Shown here piece after piece: positions 28,901 to 40,700 of a DNA stretch of 64,000 nt. The DNA is from Tubiluchus corallicola. Lineage: Eukaryota > Animalia > Priapulida. A program made the position numbers and the translations under genes. Location: positions 372,001 to 436,000 of the forward strand of contig JAQGDQ010000100.1 in NCBI GenBank assembly GCA_030141605.1, in the 5' to 3' direction. The notes under the pieces were generated by a model that was not told where the DNA came from, did no database searches, and saw only the letters and a list, made by a program, of their open reading frames with translations. Each line of letters begins with the position of its first letter. The stretch's first letter is position 1.

Positions 28901-31900
28901 ATGAACTTGATCTAGTCAAAGTTAATCCAGGTAAGGAGTTTATCATGCCTGTTAATAATTTTTTTCCAGCTGGTTCCAAGAAATTGATCAAATAGGAAAA
29001 TATAATACAAAGAGAATTTTGATCTAAAAATGGACAAACCTTCCTGGTAATGCTCATTGTAGCAATGCAACTGAGTACAATAGTTTGCACCTCTCGATGG
29101 CTGCGCAGTAAACGCACCAACGGTTTTGCTACAAGTCCTATCTCAGTTTTAGGAGCAACGTGGTGATACAGCTGTGCCACTGCCATAACTATGGAAGCAT
29201 TCCGACTTTGCAACAATGGTTTGCAATTACGTAGCAATAATCTAAAATGAAACAAAAACGTTGCATTGATGACGAATAAATAATTACCAATAATTCAATA
29301 AAACAGTTTCAAATAACGCAAAAGTGATGAATAAAGAGTACTGTGCCTACACCATAATACCTGTGATCTGAATCCATAACAAATGTTTTAGGTGCTTCAG
29401 GGGTGATGGGAGATTTGCTATCTGAACCTTCAGACTCATAAAATGCCTTTGTACTATTTTCATCCATCATCTGTAAAAAGACAACATAAAAATGTCATGT
29501 CAAATCAAATAGTTTCATTTTTCTTAAACAAACGCAAAATAAATCTTGTTACATCTGTGCACATATCCAACCATGCAGACCAAAAGTGGCAAAAAGCATC
29601 GCTACATATGCTAATACCAATAAAAATTTTTATGTTGCACATCCTCTAGGATTTGAAAAAGAAAGAGAGCTTGACAATACCTACATGTCCATATTTATTT
29701 GGATTAACAAACTGTGTTCGGGCATATCGTGTAAGCATGTTGATTATAACCAGTTGACCCCATTCTTCAACGTCCACCAATAGATTACAAAGTTTGCGGT
29801 AATTCTTATGAATGAGTTCTATCTGCTCCGGGCAGACTTCTTCAAAGGCCATCACCGCACTGCCAATGACTAATGTGGTTTTATCCGACAGCAACTTCTG
29901 AATGACTTCAATGCAGAATTCCTTCTGTTCCGGGTCCAAACTTGAAAAACAGAAGTAACGTTAAAATGCAGGCTAACTATAAATCGGGAAATAACATATA
30001 GTTAATGAACACCAGTTTTTCAAAATACAGAAATACAGCAGTCCTTGCTCATTTCTGTATTTGCAACATCTGTCTGTAATATGCAACAAGACAAGGGTTA
30101 AGTGAATTGTCACTAAATGAAACCATTTTTAGAACTAATGTAAGTGCATAGGATGTGGTTCAATCAATATCTGTGAAAAACTAATACAACTCACTTTATG
30201 TAAGAGACGAATGTTTAATGAATTTTATTCATATGTTTGTGTATTATTTTTTTCTACAAAAATAAAAAAGTAATTATTTATTATTAGGCCAATGCTGTTT
30301 TGCGCATATCACATAAAACTGCATGTAACTTGCAGCTATTATTTTAGTCACAGTCATTCTAGTTAATCAGATTTTGCATTGGTAATGCTTTCTGGGAAGC
30401 TAGGATCTGGCCTATAGAAGAATGACAAAGCATTTTAAGTACATAAAATAAAACTGCCTGGTCTCAATAATGACATCATAAACTTGTGCCATTATTGCCA
30501 TCGTCATCAAGCACAGTAGTTTATAGAACACCCAATTCAATCTAATTTAACTTAGTTCCGTACTATAGTTAATTGCATACATGCCTCACACGATTTTATT
30601 TCAAATTTCATAAGCAGCTTTGCATATGCATTTTCTTTCCTATTCTAAGCTGGCCCGTTTATGATGCAAAGTCCTACGACAGGTAGACAGACCCAGTAAA
30701 TTAGCCGAATCATAAGCCTGATATATACCTGTACAGCTTTGGAATGGCATGAGCTGCAGTTTTGCGCACGAACGGTGACATGTCGCTAACTGATTCTTTT
30801 ATTGCTAGCATCATAATTGGAACGATAACTGGGACACGGATGCTAGACAACACACGTAAAGCACTAGCTCTGATGAGCTGATTAGGATCCTGAAAATAAA
30901 TAAGCAAATTTGAAAATAATTTAAAGAGCTCTTAGTTTGTACTATGGTTCTACTAAAAGTAAGAGTAATCCATGTAGATGATTGGCAGAAAATTACAAAT
31001 GATTACAAACTTCAGAAGCATTTAGTACATTACAATAGCACATCTGAAAGATGCTCAGATTCTTCTTACTTACTGTAGCTTTTCATGTGGGCAACTTCAA
31101 ACAAACGACGGCTACTATAAGCACTTTTTGCAGCAGATTATTTATGGGGTCAGACAGCACTCCTTAGCACACACAAAAAGCTTAAAGCCCTATATAACCC
31201 CAAAAGAAGTCCTTTTAACTTATTATTACAATTACACAAAGAATTCATAGCTACCATTCAACAAAAGAGACTTATAAATGAAATAACTTTTTTTGCAAAT
31301 TTCGAATGTGTGCATTGCCATGTTTCGCGTCTTTGGCGAGAGTGAGCGAGAATGACATACGAGGTACAGAAAGCGTCTCTGGTTACCGATGTTTGTTTAC
31401 CGATCTTTGGCGACCTTGTGACTGTACTCACAACATCATTCGTCTCGCGCAACGAAAAATGGTGGTTCTTCAAATTTAATACAACTAAGTGATAAAAAAC
31501 AAAAGAAACAAGTTTTACAGTAAGTTTATAATATAATAAATTGAATATTCGTAAATCCTTACATTATAGTGAGGGTTTAGTTTGACTTTAAATTCACAAC
31601 TGTTACCTTTAGACCTCGCTGAAAAGTACTAATAGACAGCAGAGCCAAATCCTGTTGTTCCTCAGCATATCGCACCAGGTATACATACACAAGTTTTTTT
31701 ACCTGCAAAATTTTTTAAGATGCTTAAGACTGTTACTTTGAATATTTGCATTTGTACAAGTACATATGAGTTTGCAGAAGCACAGTGTTTTATGGGTACA
31801 GCAGGCCCCACGTTGGTTGCGATATTATGAAGAAGATGTCTTGGCTGCAAATAAGAATCACTTTGACTAGCAGTCTGGCAAGCATGATACAAAAATTTGT

Positions 31901-34543
31901 GCTTCAGCACATTACAAGTGAAAAAATCGGATTCTCCACAAATCAAGCAGATATCACATATATGTAACCTGGAGATATATTTTTTTCATTGCTTTTGTGT
32001 TTTAGTACACCTACTGCAGTAAATTACTTTATCATAGACACTTATGTCAGCAAAATTACAAAAAATTCATGCTGTGAAGTTTTATCAATAATTTTAAAAA
32101 TTGTAGTGCATTCCCTGACCAAAATATTTTGATAGGTTTTCACGAACTGGGCAAAAAATTACAGTTACGCCAACTGCTGCCTTTATAGTAAAATAAAAGT
32201 TACATCAAGCAGTTTGAAGAAGTCTGACATATCACTCACTTAACTCTCATGTAATGGTGGCAAGAGAATTTGCACTAATTGATTGCCGATTTTTATGTTT
32301 GCATAATAAAATTATTTTTGACAAACGCTATATGTGTGTTAACATCATTCCAGTGAACTCTGCAAAGACATAGAAATCCTTACCTCAATGTTTTTTGAAA
32401 CAACATTTTTTACAACTGCAGGAAATAAGTCACTAGCATCTTTGCCTTTAGCCACCATCTGAAACAACAAGTATGAATGTGAGCTACTACCTTATTCAAT
32501 TCTAATTGAATCAACTTATTGTAATATCTTAAGTCATTTTAAAAATGTAAAAGCATTTTTGTTTGACAGTAATTTGAGTCAAACAGGTAAGACAGTGGTC
32601 ACATGACTCAGAACTCAAAATAATCCACATAAATATTTATGATAACATTTTTTTTGATAAAATCTGCAGGCATTGACATTTTTATCTGTTTGATTATTAT
32701 TAGGTGTTTGATGCAATTGGTGCTAAATAACGATGTCACTCACTCACATAACCTGAATGAATGCCAATTCTATTATAACTAAACAAACACAGTAAATGTT
32801 CATCAGCATTTTTGAATATCCACAAAAAGTTGTAAACAAAACATGGATCTAAAGTTTAGTTTCAACTTTGAATAGTAGCGGAACGCCAGTTTTATTAAAG
32901 TCTTATTAAAATTAATAAATGTAACAAATTAATGGGTCTAATTTCTCACACTACATTTCTTAAGTATGCAATTACCTAGACTATGTCTAGAACCTGTACT
33001 TTTTAAAAGATAAAAATAGCATTGGATGAGTACAAGAATGCTTTGTTAACATGGTTGTAGGTCTTCCTGATTTATCCTACTCAGAAAAACGATTAAGTGC
33101 TAGATGCAAGCAGGTCATTTAATTGAAATTTTTAGATTATAAAGGGGTTCACTGACATTAATCCAATTTTTTTCATTTTAAACGAAACAGTGTGATCCTT
33201 CACATCCTACTCCATTTTGATAAAAAGTATAGACTTTAATGCCAACATGTTTCTGTTTATTAAATAACAGGTTAATAACTCAATTGATGGCCAACAGGTC
33301 CAGCTAGAGATGACATCACTACTGCACATAATTTCCAACAGCACAAATACTCCATGAGCATGTTACACATGCTTTAGAAAGTAAAAATTCAAGTACAGTG
33401 CTACTGTACAACTGTCAGTGTGACACACAAAATTAAAGTTTATCACTATGCTAACAGGAGCTCTTGAACAAGAGTGCTACATCACAAATCAACTACATCA
33501 TAAACTGAGAGGTAAAGCGCCTGTTTTTTGAGAAACACGCTCCCTAGATGTAGCCGCTAGTGCTATTCTAGTGAATGGTGACAAGTAACTCCGAAGAACC
33601 AGCCGCGCAAACATGAAATTAGATTTCTGTGGTAATAATTCTTTCATGCAAGACATTCGTAAAAAACAATGTATCCCATTTCAGTATTTTACTGGTTAGA
33701 CTGTATTGAGTTAAAGTTTAAGATAGGGTCTGGTTTTCCTTTAATAATTTGTCAATTAAAAGTCATAGTTTTAAGAGACATTCTAACACTGGTATCTACT
33801 AGTTTAGTTTTTCTAATGCAAAATCAAGCTATGAAAGAAACTGTAAATGCTGTTAATATCGATTCAATTGAAAGAAAATTAGATACATATCTGTACACAT
33901 GGAAACTTTTTTCTGAGCCTTTAAGGCTCGCTGAAGAATGCGTGCATGGTTGCACTATATGGCTGATAAATGGTTGATATTCTGAATACGGATTTTAATG
34001 ATTTCATAAACCACACTCACCTTGGATGGAGAGTAATTGTGCATAATAAAAATAGGTAGCCATGCATAAATCACAACATACCCCAATTATTCTTTTCATT
34101 GCTTCTAATTTCAAGTTGTCTTTGTTGCCATCCAACATAGTTTTCAAGTCTTCGTGTCTGAAACAGTTTGTGAAATGTTCGTCAGAGTAACATACAAGTT
34201 AACAGAACAGATTAATAAAAATTATCGAGTTTATTTTCAATAATTATTTTATTAAATATTATTTCTAAAAGCACATAATACATTTACAAGTTTCTGCAGT
34301 TTGCATGAATTAGCTTTCGATATTTGTTTTTTCATCCAAATGTCATAAGCAATTAGACGTGATGGTGACCAGGCCCCGGTAGCAATCATTCGCATGCGTA
34401 TAAGAACAAGTAACTATTTCATACCTTTTGTAATCTGCAGAAAAAAAGCTCCCGCTGGCAGGATCAACGCCCACTTCAGCATCCCCAGACGAGGAGCCTC
34501 TATCATTTGCATATGACTGAGTTACTCCGTTGTTGTTTGACAT
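19974..34543 (-). CDS. AP3B: AP-3 adaptor complex subunit beta (beta-3 adaptin), 21 coding exons, about 1051 aa
   Basis: Exons in transcript order: 34543-34425, 34157-34082, 32458-32384, 31702-31607, 30889-30729, 29940-29685, 29470-29361, 29241-29040, 28578-28444, 27727-27595, 27232-27012, 26480-26228, 26024-25788, 25422-25217, 23820-23739, 23426-23332, 22991-22803, 21518-21476, 21362-21180, 20485-20382, 20153-19974. All introns are GT-AG with compatible phases, total 3156 nt. Diagnostic peptides: [86 protein letters not shown]; [16 protein letters not shown]; Ser/Glu-rich hinge; LLLDFDD clathrin-box-like motif; ear domain ending [17 protein letters not shown]. Confidence 0.96.
20731..21030. 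repeat. Tandem duplication, 2 x 150 bp, in AP3B intron 19
   Basis: 20731-20880 and 20881-21030 are identical except for a TG/GT difference near the end. Confidence 0.95.
24130..25087. mobile_element. Non-autonomous hAT (Charlie-like) element with 8-bp TSD, in AP3B intron 14
   Basis: Termini CAGGGGTGTGCAAA...TTTGCACACCCCTG. Perfect TSD GTTTAAGC at 24122-24129 and 25088-25095. Subterminal GCGGCCC/GTGGCC motifs. Confidence 0.9.
24440..24586. repeat. Internal inverted repeat (about 52-bp arms, AT-rich loop) inside the hAT element
   Basis: GCCCCATCGTCTTCTTGGTCATAGCAGGTAGATCATTTTCACTTGGTTATTT pairs with the reverse complement of 24535-24586, with about 5 mismatches. Confidence 0.85.
26100..26210. 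repeat. Tandem duplication with 60-bp period in AP3B intron 12
   Basis: CTATTACTAGTTAAAATCCAAAATACAACATATTATAATTACAAAGTGGT is repeated at 26101 and 26161 with 3 mismatches. Confidence 0.9.
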
Positions 34544-34786
34544 TATTAGAATTATTTTAAAATTTCTCCCAGCTGGTAACAAAATGCCAACAAAACAAGA
34601 ATGGCTGCCCCCGGTGCATTATGTCATGTGACCAAGTAAGAAAGTAGTGATTTGGTGGAAACGCTCTGAACATGCGCATTTACTAAGTTGTTTTTATCTC
34701 GTCACATGAAATTGACGAGTCAATCTTTTTTCTTGACAGTAGTTTGTTAATTTTTGTGTGATTTCTGTGTTTTAGCTTTAAATACT
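34544..34786. promoter_or_regulatory. Bidirectional promoter between AP3B and SCAMP with MiT/TFE-type E-boxes
   Basis: 243 bp separate the divergent ATGs. GTCATGTGAC at 34623-34632 and GTCACATGA at 34701-34709 are CLEAR/M-box-like. CATGCGCA at 34671-34678 is NRF1-like. Confidence 0.7.
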
Positions 34787-37700
34787 ATGTCGGGGTACGA
34801 GAGTAACCCGTTTGCGGATCCTCACGCAGATAATCCATTTGCGGTATGTTACTTAGTTTCAGTTTTATTGGAATAACCGCCCTAGATTTTTTTAACTAGT
34901 AGTAGTACAGCATGTACGGCACTGCACCGTCAGTCATACGTGAATCGGCTAGTAATTAATTATTAAATTAATCATTTATAACATGCTGTGAAATGAAAGA
35001 ACATATTGGTTTGGGAATGTAATTTGCTTTATATAAACCTAAGTTTGTTGATGCCTTTTAAAGCTTTTTGAAATTTTTCAGGATCCATCTATCACGCAAG
35101 CAACTCGAGGAGCTGCACCTCCAGGACTTGACAATTACAACCCATTTGCTGATGGCCAGAAAGAAGCTACAGTTAGTGAAAATTTAGTTCATATGGTTTC
35201 GAAATTCCAGTTACTCCAAACTCATAAATAGGCCTATTGGTTTTGCAATTTTACCTTTTCGAAAATAAATAGCACCACATGCTATCCAACCTAAGTAGTC
35301 ATTACTAACATTGCATTTATCATTAATTTCAACTTTTCAGTCACCATCAGGGAGGCTAGAGATTGAACAGAGTTTCTTTATGTGTAATCCAAGAGGAATC
35401 CATAATACTTTGATAAACAAGCAAAATTCTAAATAATTTTTCCCAGTGTGTCATAGGTGCTTTGAAAATATAGGTAAATCTCAATAAAGGGAATCATGGG
35501 TCTTTTCCGGCACAGCATAGTAATCTCACTAAAATAAAAGCTCAAGCAGCTAGCTTTGCCTCTCACCGAGAAGCAGATTTGGTTATATAGTATTCAGAAT
35601 TTACAGAAATAACACCAGCATAGGCCAGTGCACTTAAATTGTCATTACAGTAATAAGACAAGCTCAGTTTTATTTATATGTTGTTTTGATAAATAATTTT
35701 TGTGTCTTTATTGTGCTAGATAAGACATATGTAATGTGCAGAGCATATGACATCCCTAATTTTTATGTAAGAATCGGAATAACACACTATTCAACGGGTT
35801 CATCTACTGTTTTTAAGGCTATTTAATTCAAAATAAAAACAAGAGACAAATAAATTTCCAAGCTATATTATAAAGAAAATAAAGCACAACAATCAAAATT
35901 ACATGAATGGCTTGCTACATTACTCCCCGAGGAAAGATGAGGATAGGAAAATGAATGCTCATAGCTTCTCTGACTGTTTGTTATGATGTTGCGCACAACC
36001 GGACGATCCTTCTAGTTTCTTCTACTATGATGATGCAGGCAATGGCAACATGATGACCCTCCATCCACCATAACAATGCAGATAACGAGAGCTAAACCAG
36101 TAGCTTCCGGCACTCCTCTTACCCCTGAATGGAATGGAACAACATCACACTTCTGTATCTTGACCAGCCCTCCAAACCACGTTACAGCAATGAGGTTGAG
36201 AAAAAAGCAGGAGAACACTGTCCTTTTTGCTGCCAACAACACCTGCCAATGACTCAGCTTTCCTTTACCATGGTGTATCCATTTGCCAAGTTACATCACA
36301 GACCATATACCAGTTTTTCCAGACAAATGCATGAACTACAAATATACTGGAACTTGCTAGAACAGGATAGGACAACAGTGAGTCTATACCAGCGAAAACT
36401 ATTAAATCAACTGTCAAGAACAGGTATTGCTTTTTCTGCACATGTAAACGAAGCACTCTGACAGGTAGGTAAAAAGCATTTCGAGTCTCAGAGGTAATGA
36501 GACGATGAATGAGTATACATACAGTAATGCAAGCCATGCGCCTCATTTACTATCAAAATTAACATCTTTGTTTATTTTTTCTCATTACTCATAAATGCAT
36601 TAAAGATGTGCTTACACTTCAAGTGAGACCTGAGAAATGGTAGTGAGTAACCTTCTAGGTAATAAGCTTACTGCTGCATAATACTCTTGCTGCACAAGTG
36701 AAAAATCTTTCATTGTATAAGAACTTATGCAGTTTGTAAGTTGCACATTAGCTGTTATGTGATAAACTACGTGTAAAGTTAATTGTTTTTTTTTAGATCA
36801 GAGTGCTTATTCACTGAAACTTCTGTAATATGCCTGGTGTTGGATCCACTTTATATTTTGATTGTTCAGTGTACATATTAAAATATCTATTGAAAGCCAT
36901 GTATGTCTCTATGAGAGAGTTAATGCTGCAGCGTTTGCATATTTTAATAACAGAAAACAGAGCTGCCAGAACAGTCAGCAATTTATTATCAGTTTATTTA
37001 CATTTGAATAGTTTATCAGTTATTCGTTTTTTTCCATATCATTGTGCAGATTTTAGAGTAGTCATTTCACATTAGAATCTGATGTTAATTTCATCACTAA
37101 GTAAAAACAGCCTGGCTAGTTTGGGTTTCTTGCATTCTAAAATTTACTGCTAGTGCTAATTACCCTTCTTGTCTGAATTCAAGTTACTGCAGTATAATTT
37201 ATATTTTATGTGCTTAAATCTTTGGCTATGATCTTTATTAATTATTTTCCATTGAATAATTAGACTTAGAAATGCTGTTAAATTAATATTTTAATTGTAC
37301 TTGGATCTTAAAATAAGATGCATTACTTTTTGCATTTTCCAGAAGCCGCAGTCTACTGGTCCTGCTGCTGCACCTGTCGCTAGTCCTGCACAACCGGCTG
37401 TGACACCCCATACACAACAGCCACCACCGCCAGTTTATACACCATCAGCTGCACAGAAAATTGACACATCCGAGTTACAGAAACGTCAGGAAGAATTAGA
37501 GAAAAGAGAAGCTGAGTTGGCAAAGAGAGAGCAGGAAATGCAGAGACAGCCTCATAATCGTAAGTTACTTTTGTTTGTAAATTGCTGTGCTGTGCAGTAT
37601 ACTTGGCTTTGTACGTATGCAAGCAACTAGTGGGCATAGACACATGCTCAGCATTATTGTTAATTATATTGTACAATGGTACTGAGCATCTGTGTGTGAT

Positions 37701-40700
37701 ATTTAAGACTGCACAGTTATATTGATGGTTAACAGAAGCATTCTTTTGGCCATGAGCTTTTTGATGTTTTACGACACCCTTCAAGAGTTTTTGTGCAAAC
37801 TTGTACGTATATATTAAGAACTTTTATTTCATTAAATGCCACTCAATTGTTTGACATTATTTCTTACCATGTGTTTAAAAAAGGTGTTTGCAAAGCCGAA
37901 ATGTGGCTAAATGACATTTTCTCTTTGCATCACCTGTAAAATTATACTTTTCAAAATACTTTTTGGTGTGATAAATATGGAAATATTGTTTTACTTTAGT
38001 TCGTCAAAACAACTGGCCTCCTATTCCTGATCGATGCCCATGCAATCCATGCTTTTACCAGGATTTCAATGTTGACATCCCATCAGAATTTCAACAGACT
38101 GTTAAAATTATTTACTATCTATGGATGTGTAAGTAATATTTGCAAAAATAATTTTAGTTATGTAGCATGCTCATTTGTGTTATAGGGCTATGATTGATGT
38201 GATGAGGTCGTTCTAAAATTATTGAAAGTGGATGACTGTGCAAGCAGGTAGTGATGGTTGTCTAATCAATTACTGAGTTAAATTCACATACTACGTACTG
38301 CTATGCAAAGCAATATAAACACTTGTTGAATCGTAACTCAGTGATTCAAAATTGCAAAAGTCTTGCCTTCACTGCTATGCAATGTTGACTTTATAACTAA
38401 CAACAGTTTAATAGTAAGAATGTACATTTTTGGCTATAAAATTTCAAATAGTTTTTAATATGCTGATGCAGCATGACATGGATGAATTCTTTACAACCTA
38501 GAGGTTGTTTCTATAGCAATACCTGTGGTTAGCTGACACGTGATTTGGCACCCTACATGTAACAAAGCTAAAACAAACCTAGAATGCTCTCTATAAGTGC
38601 CAGCTGACATTAACTTTTTCAGGAAAATGATTTTAGCTGATTTTACTTGTTTTGTTATTTTCAGTTTATGCTGGTACATTGCTTCTGAATGTGCTTGCTT
38701 CATTGGCATACTGGATCACAGCAGGTAGTGCAACTACGTTTGGGTTGTCAGTTTTGTTTTTCTTTCTGTTTACTCCTTGCTCATTTGTGTGCTGGTATAG
38801 GCCTGTCTACAAAGCATTCAGGTATGTTAACTCGTTCGAAATAACTCGTTGCCAAATTTATGAAAGAAAATGTAAATATAAAATATTTAAAGCTTACAGC
38901 AAAAAGTTTTGAAATGTTTAACGTATTGTTACGCCAAAATTGTTTGCATGCACCAACCATATTTCGTTCATTTGCTTTCCCGATAAGATTGCACACTGAG
39001 AGGGCATTGTCCTAACATGGGCAGCAGACTAAGAATCTCGGTCCCACTGCCGAGTTTGATCATTCAAGCTGAACATTTTGTTGCTTGCCATCATTAATTT
39101 GTGTAGTTCAGTGAGGCTTCAAAATTCCATTAAAACATTATTTTACTTTATTGGTAAAACTAATAAAGTCCTGAAAATCATATAACTGATTATAATTAAA
39201 TGAACAACTTTCATCTTTGGAATCTTGTGGGTAATTTCTTTTGACATGTAAAATAACTGACAAGACAACACAGTTTAAAAATAATTTTTATAGCAGCAGT
39301 ATTTACATATTTTATCCAACTTGTGATCGATCGGTATCGGTGAACAACAAAGTTGATCGGCTAGTGATCAGCTCAGTACCCAAAAATGTTTATCGACCCA
39401 CCACTACATAATTTGGGAAACACGAAGCTTAGGTAGTGAATAGTCAACAAAGTAATGCCGTGGAATTTCTTAACAGCAGTTAGCCTTCTTACTTTACAAT
39501 AATATTGGGGTGGGCAACATGAACATTTGCCGCTTCATGTACTCATAAGTACTTATGGTTAATTCTGCACTAGCATAGGGCAAGGCAATACTAGTATTTT
39601 AGTAATTTAATTAAAAGTTTATTAAAGTATTCCAATTTAAATGACGGATGATAATATAGCATTGTAGTTATAAAACAAATTATGCTGTCAAAGTTTCTTG
39701 CTACCATTTTTTACCATACTACAATGTCCCCTGTATCAACTAGCTGTGTGCAATGTGAATGACTTCCTAGAATTTTAATAACGTTGAATTTTTATGGTTG
39801 ATAAAGGCAAACCAACAAAGATGCTACTCCAAATTAAGGACAGAGTTTATAACCTATAATAACAACAACAACAATAACAATAATAACCTGTATTTAAAGC
39901 AGGATTTAAATTCAACAGACAACGCAAGCCTGCCATGGGGCTTTTATTGCCGACTGTAAATAACAAACTATAGCAACATAACAGAGATTATTATTATCTC
40001 ACTTTTACCTTAAATACCAAATCTGAAAGTTTTAGAGTCAATGTCAAGGTTGAGCAATTGTGTGCTGGAATGATCCTCCAGCAGCTCCTGCTCTGATGAT
40101 TCGTAAATTGTTCTTTCTAGTTAGATATGTGATATTTAATGTACAAATGTCACACTGTGCACACCATGGTTGGTTTATAAACTCTACTTATGCTGTAGTA
40201 CTTGAAATGGTAAATCTTTATGAACTAAACACTGATACTCCATTGAACCATCAAGTCCAGTCCTTTTGGTGGCTGTTACCAAATAGTATGTTGCCATTAA
40301 AAGTAAGCTTTTGTCACTATGTTGGTATTGCATAATGTACCAGTTCTAAGTTAAACTGTAAGTTGCGACAGTAATGAGGCAGTCCAAATGGTTGGATTTT
40401 TTCTGTGAGTTATCATATTTTCTCTGATATTACCTGATTACTAGCCTGAGTTTCTAATTGTACCAGTTCTATAATTTTGTCTTAAGAATGATCATTTGTT
40501 TTAATTGTATTTGGTTTGTTTTTATTTCAGAACTGACAGCTCTATCAACTTTTTCTTGTTTTTCTTCATATTTTTCATGCAGTTTGTCATTTCTATAGTG
40601 CAAGCTCTCGGCTTTGATGGTTTTGGCACATGGTAAGTTTTACTGGGGATGTGTAAAGTGCTACATTTAGTTGCTTTTAGACATACCTTTAAATGCATGT

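Noticed and set aside
36012-36546. Overlapping ORFs in SCAMP intron 2 with Cys/His patterns ([14 protein letters not shown]) suggesting a gag-like remnant
   Set aside because: Motif spacing is unconvincing and there is no LTR or pol signal. It cannot be assigned without a homology search.
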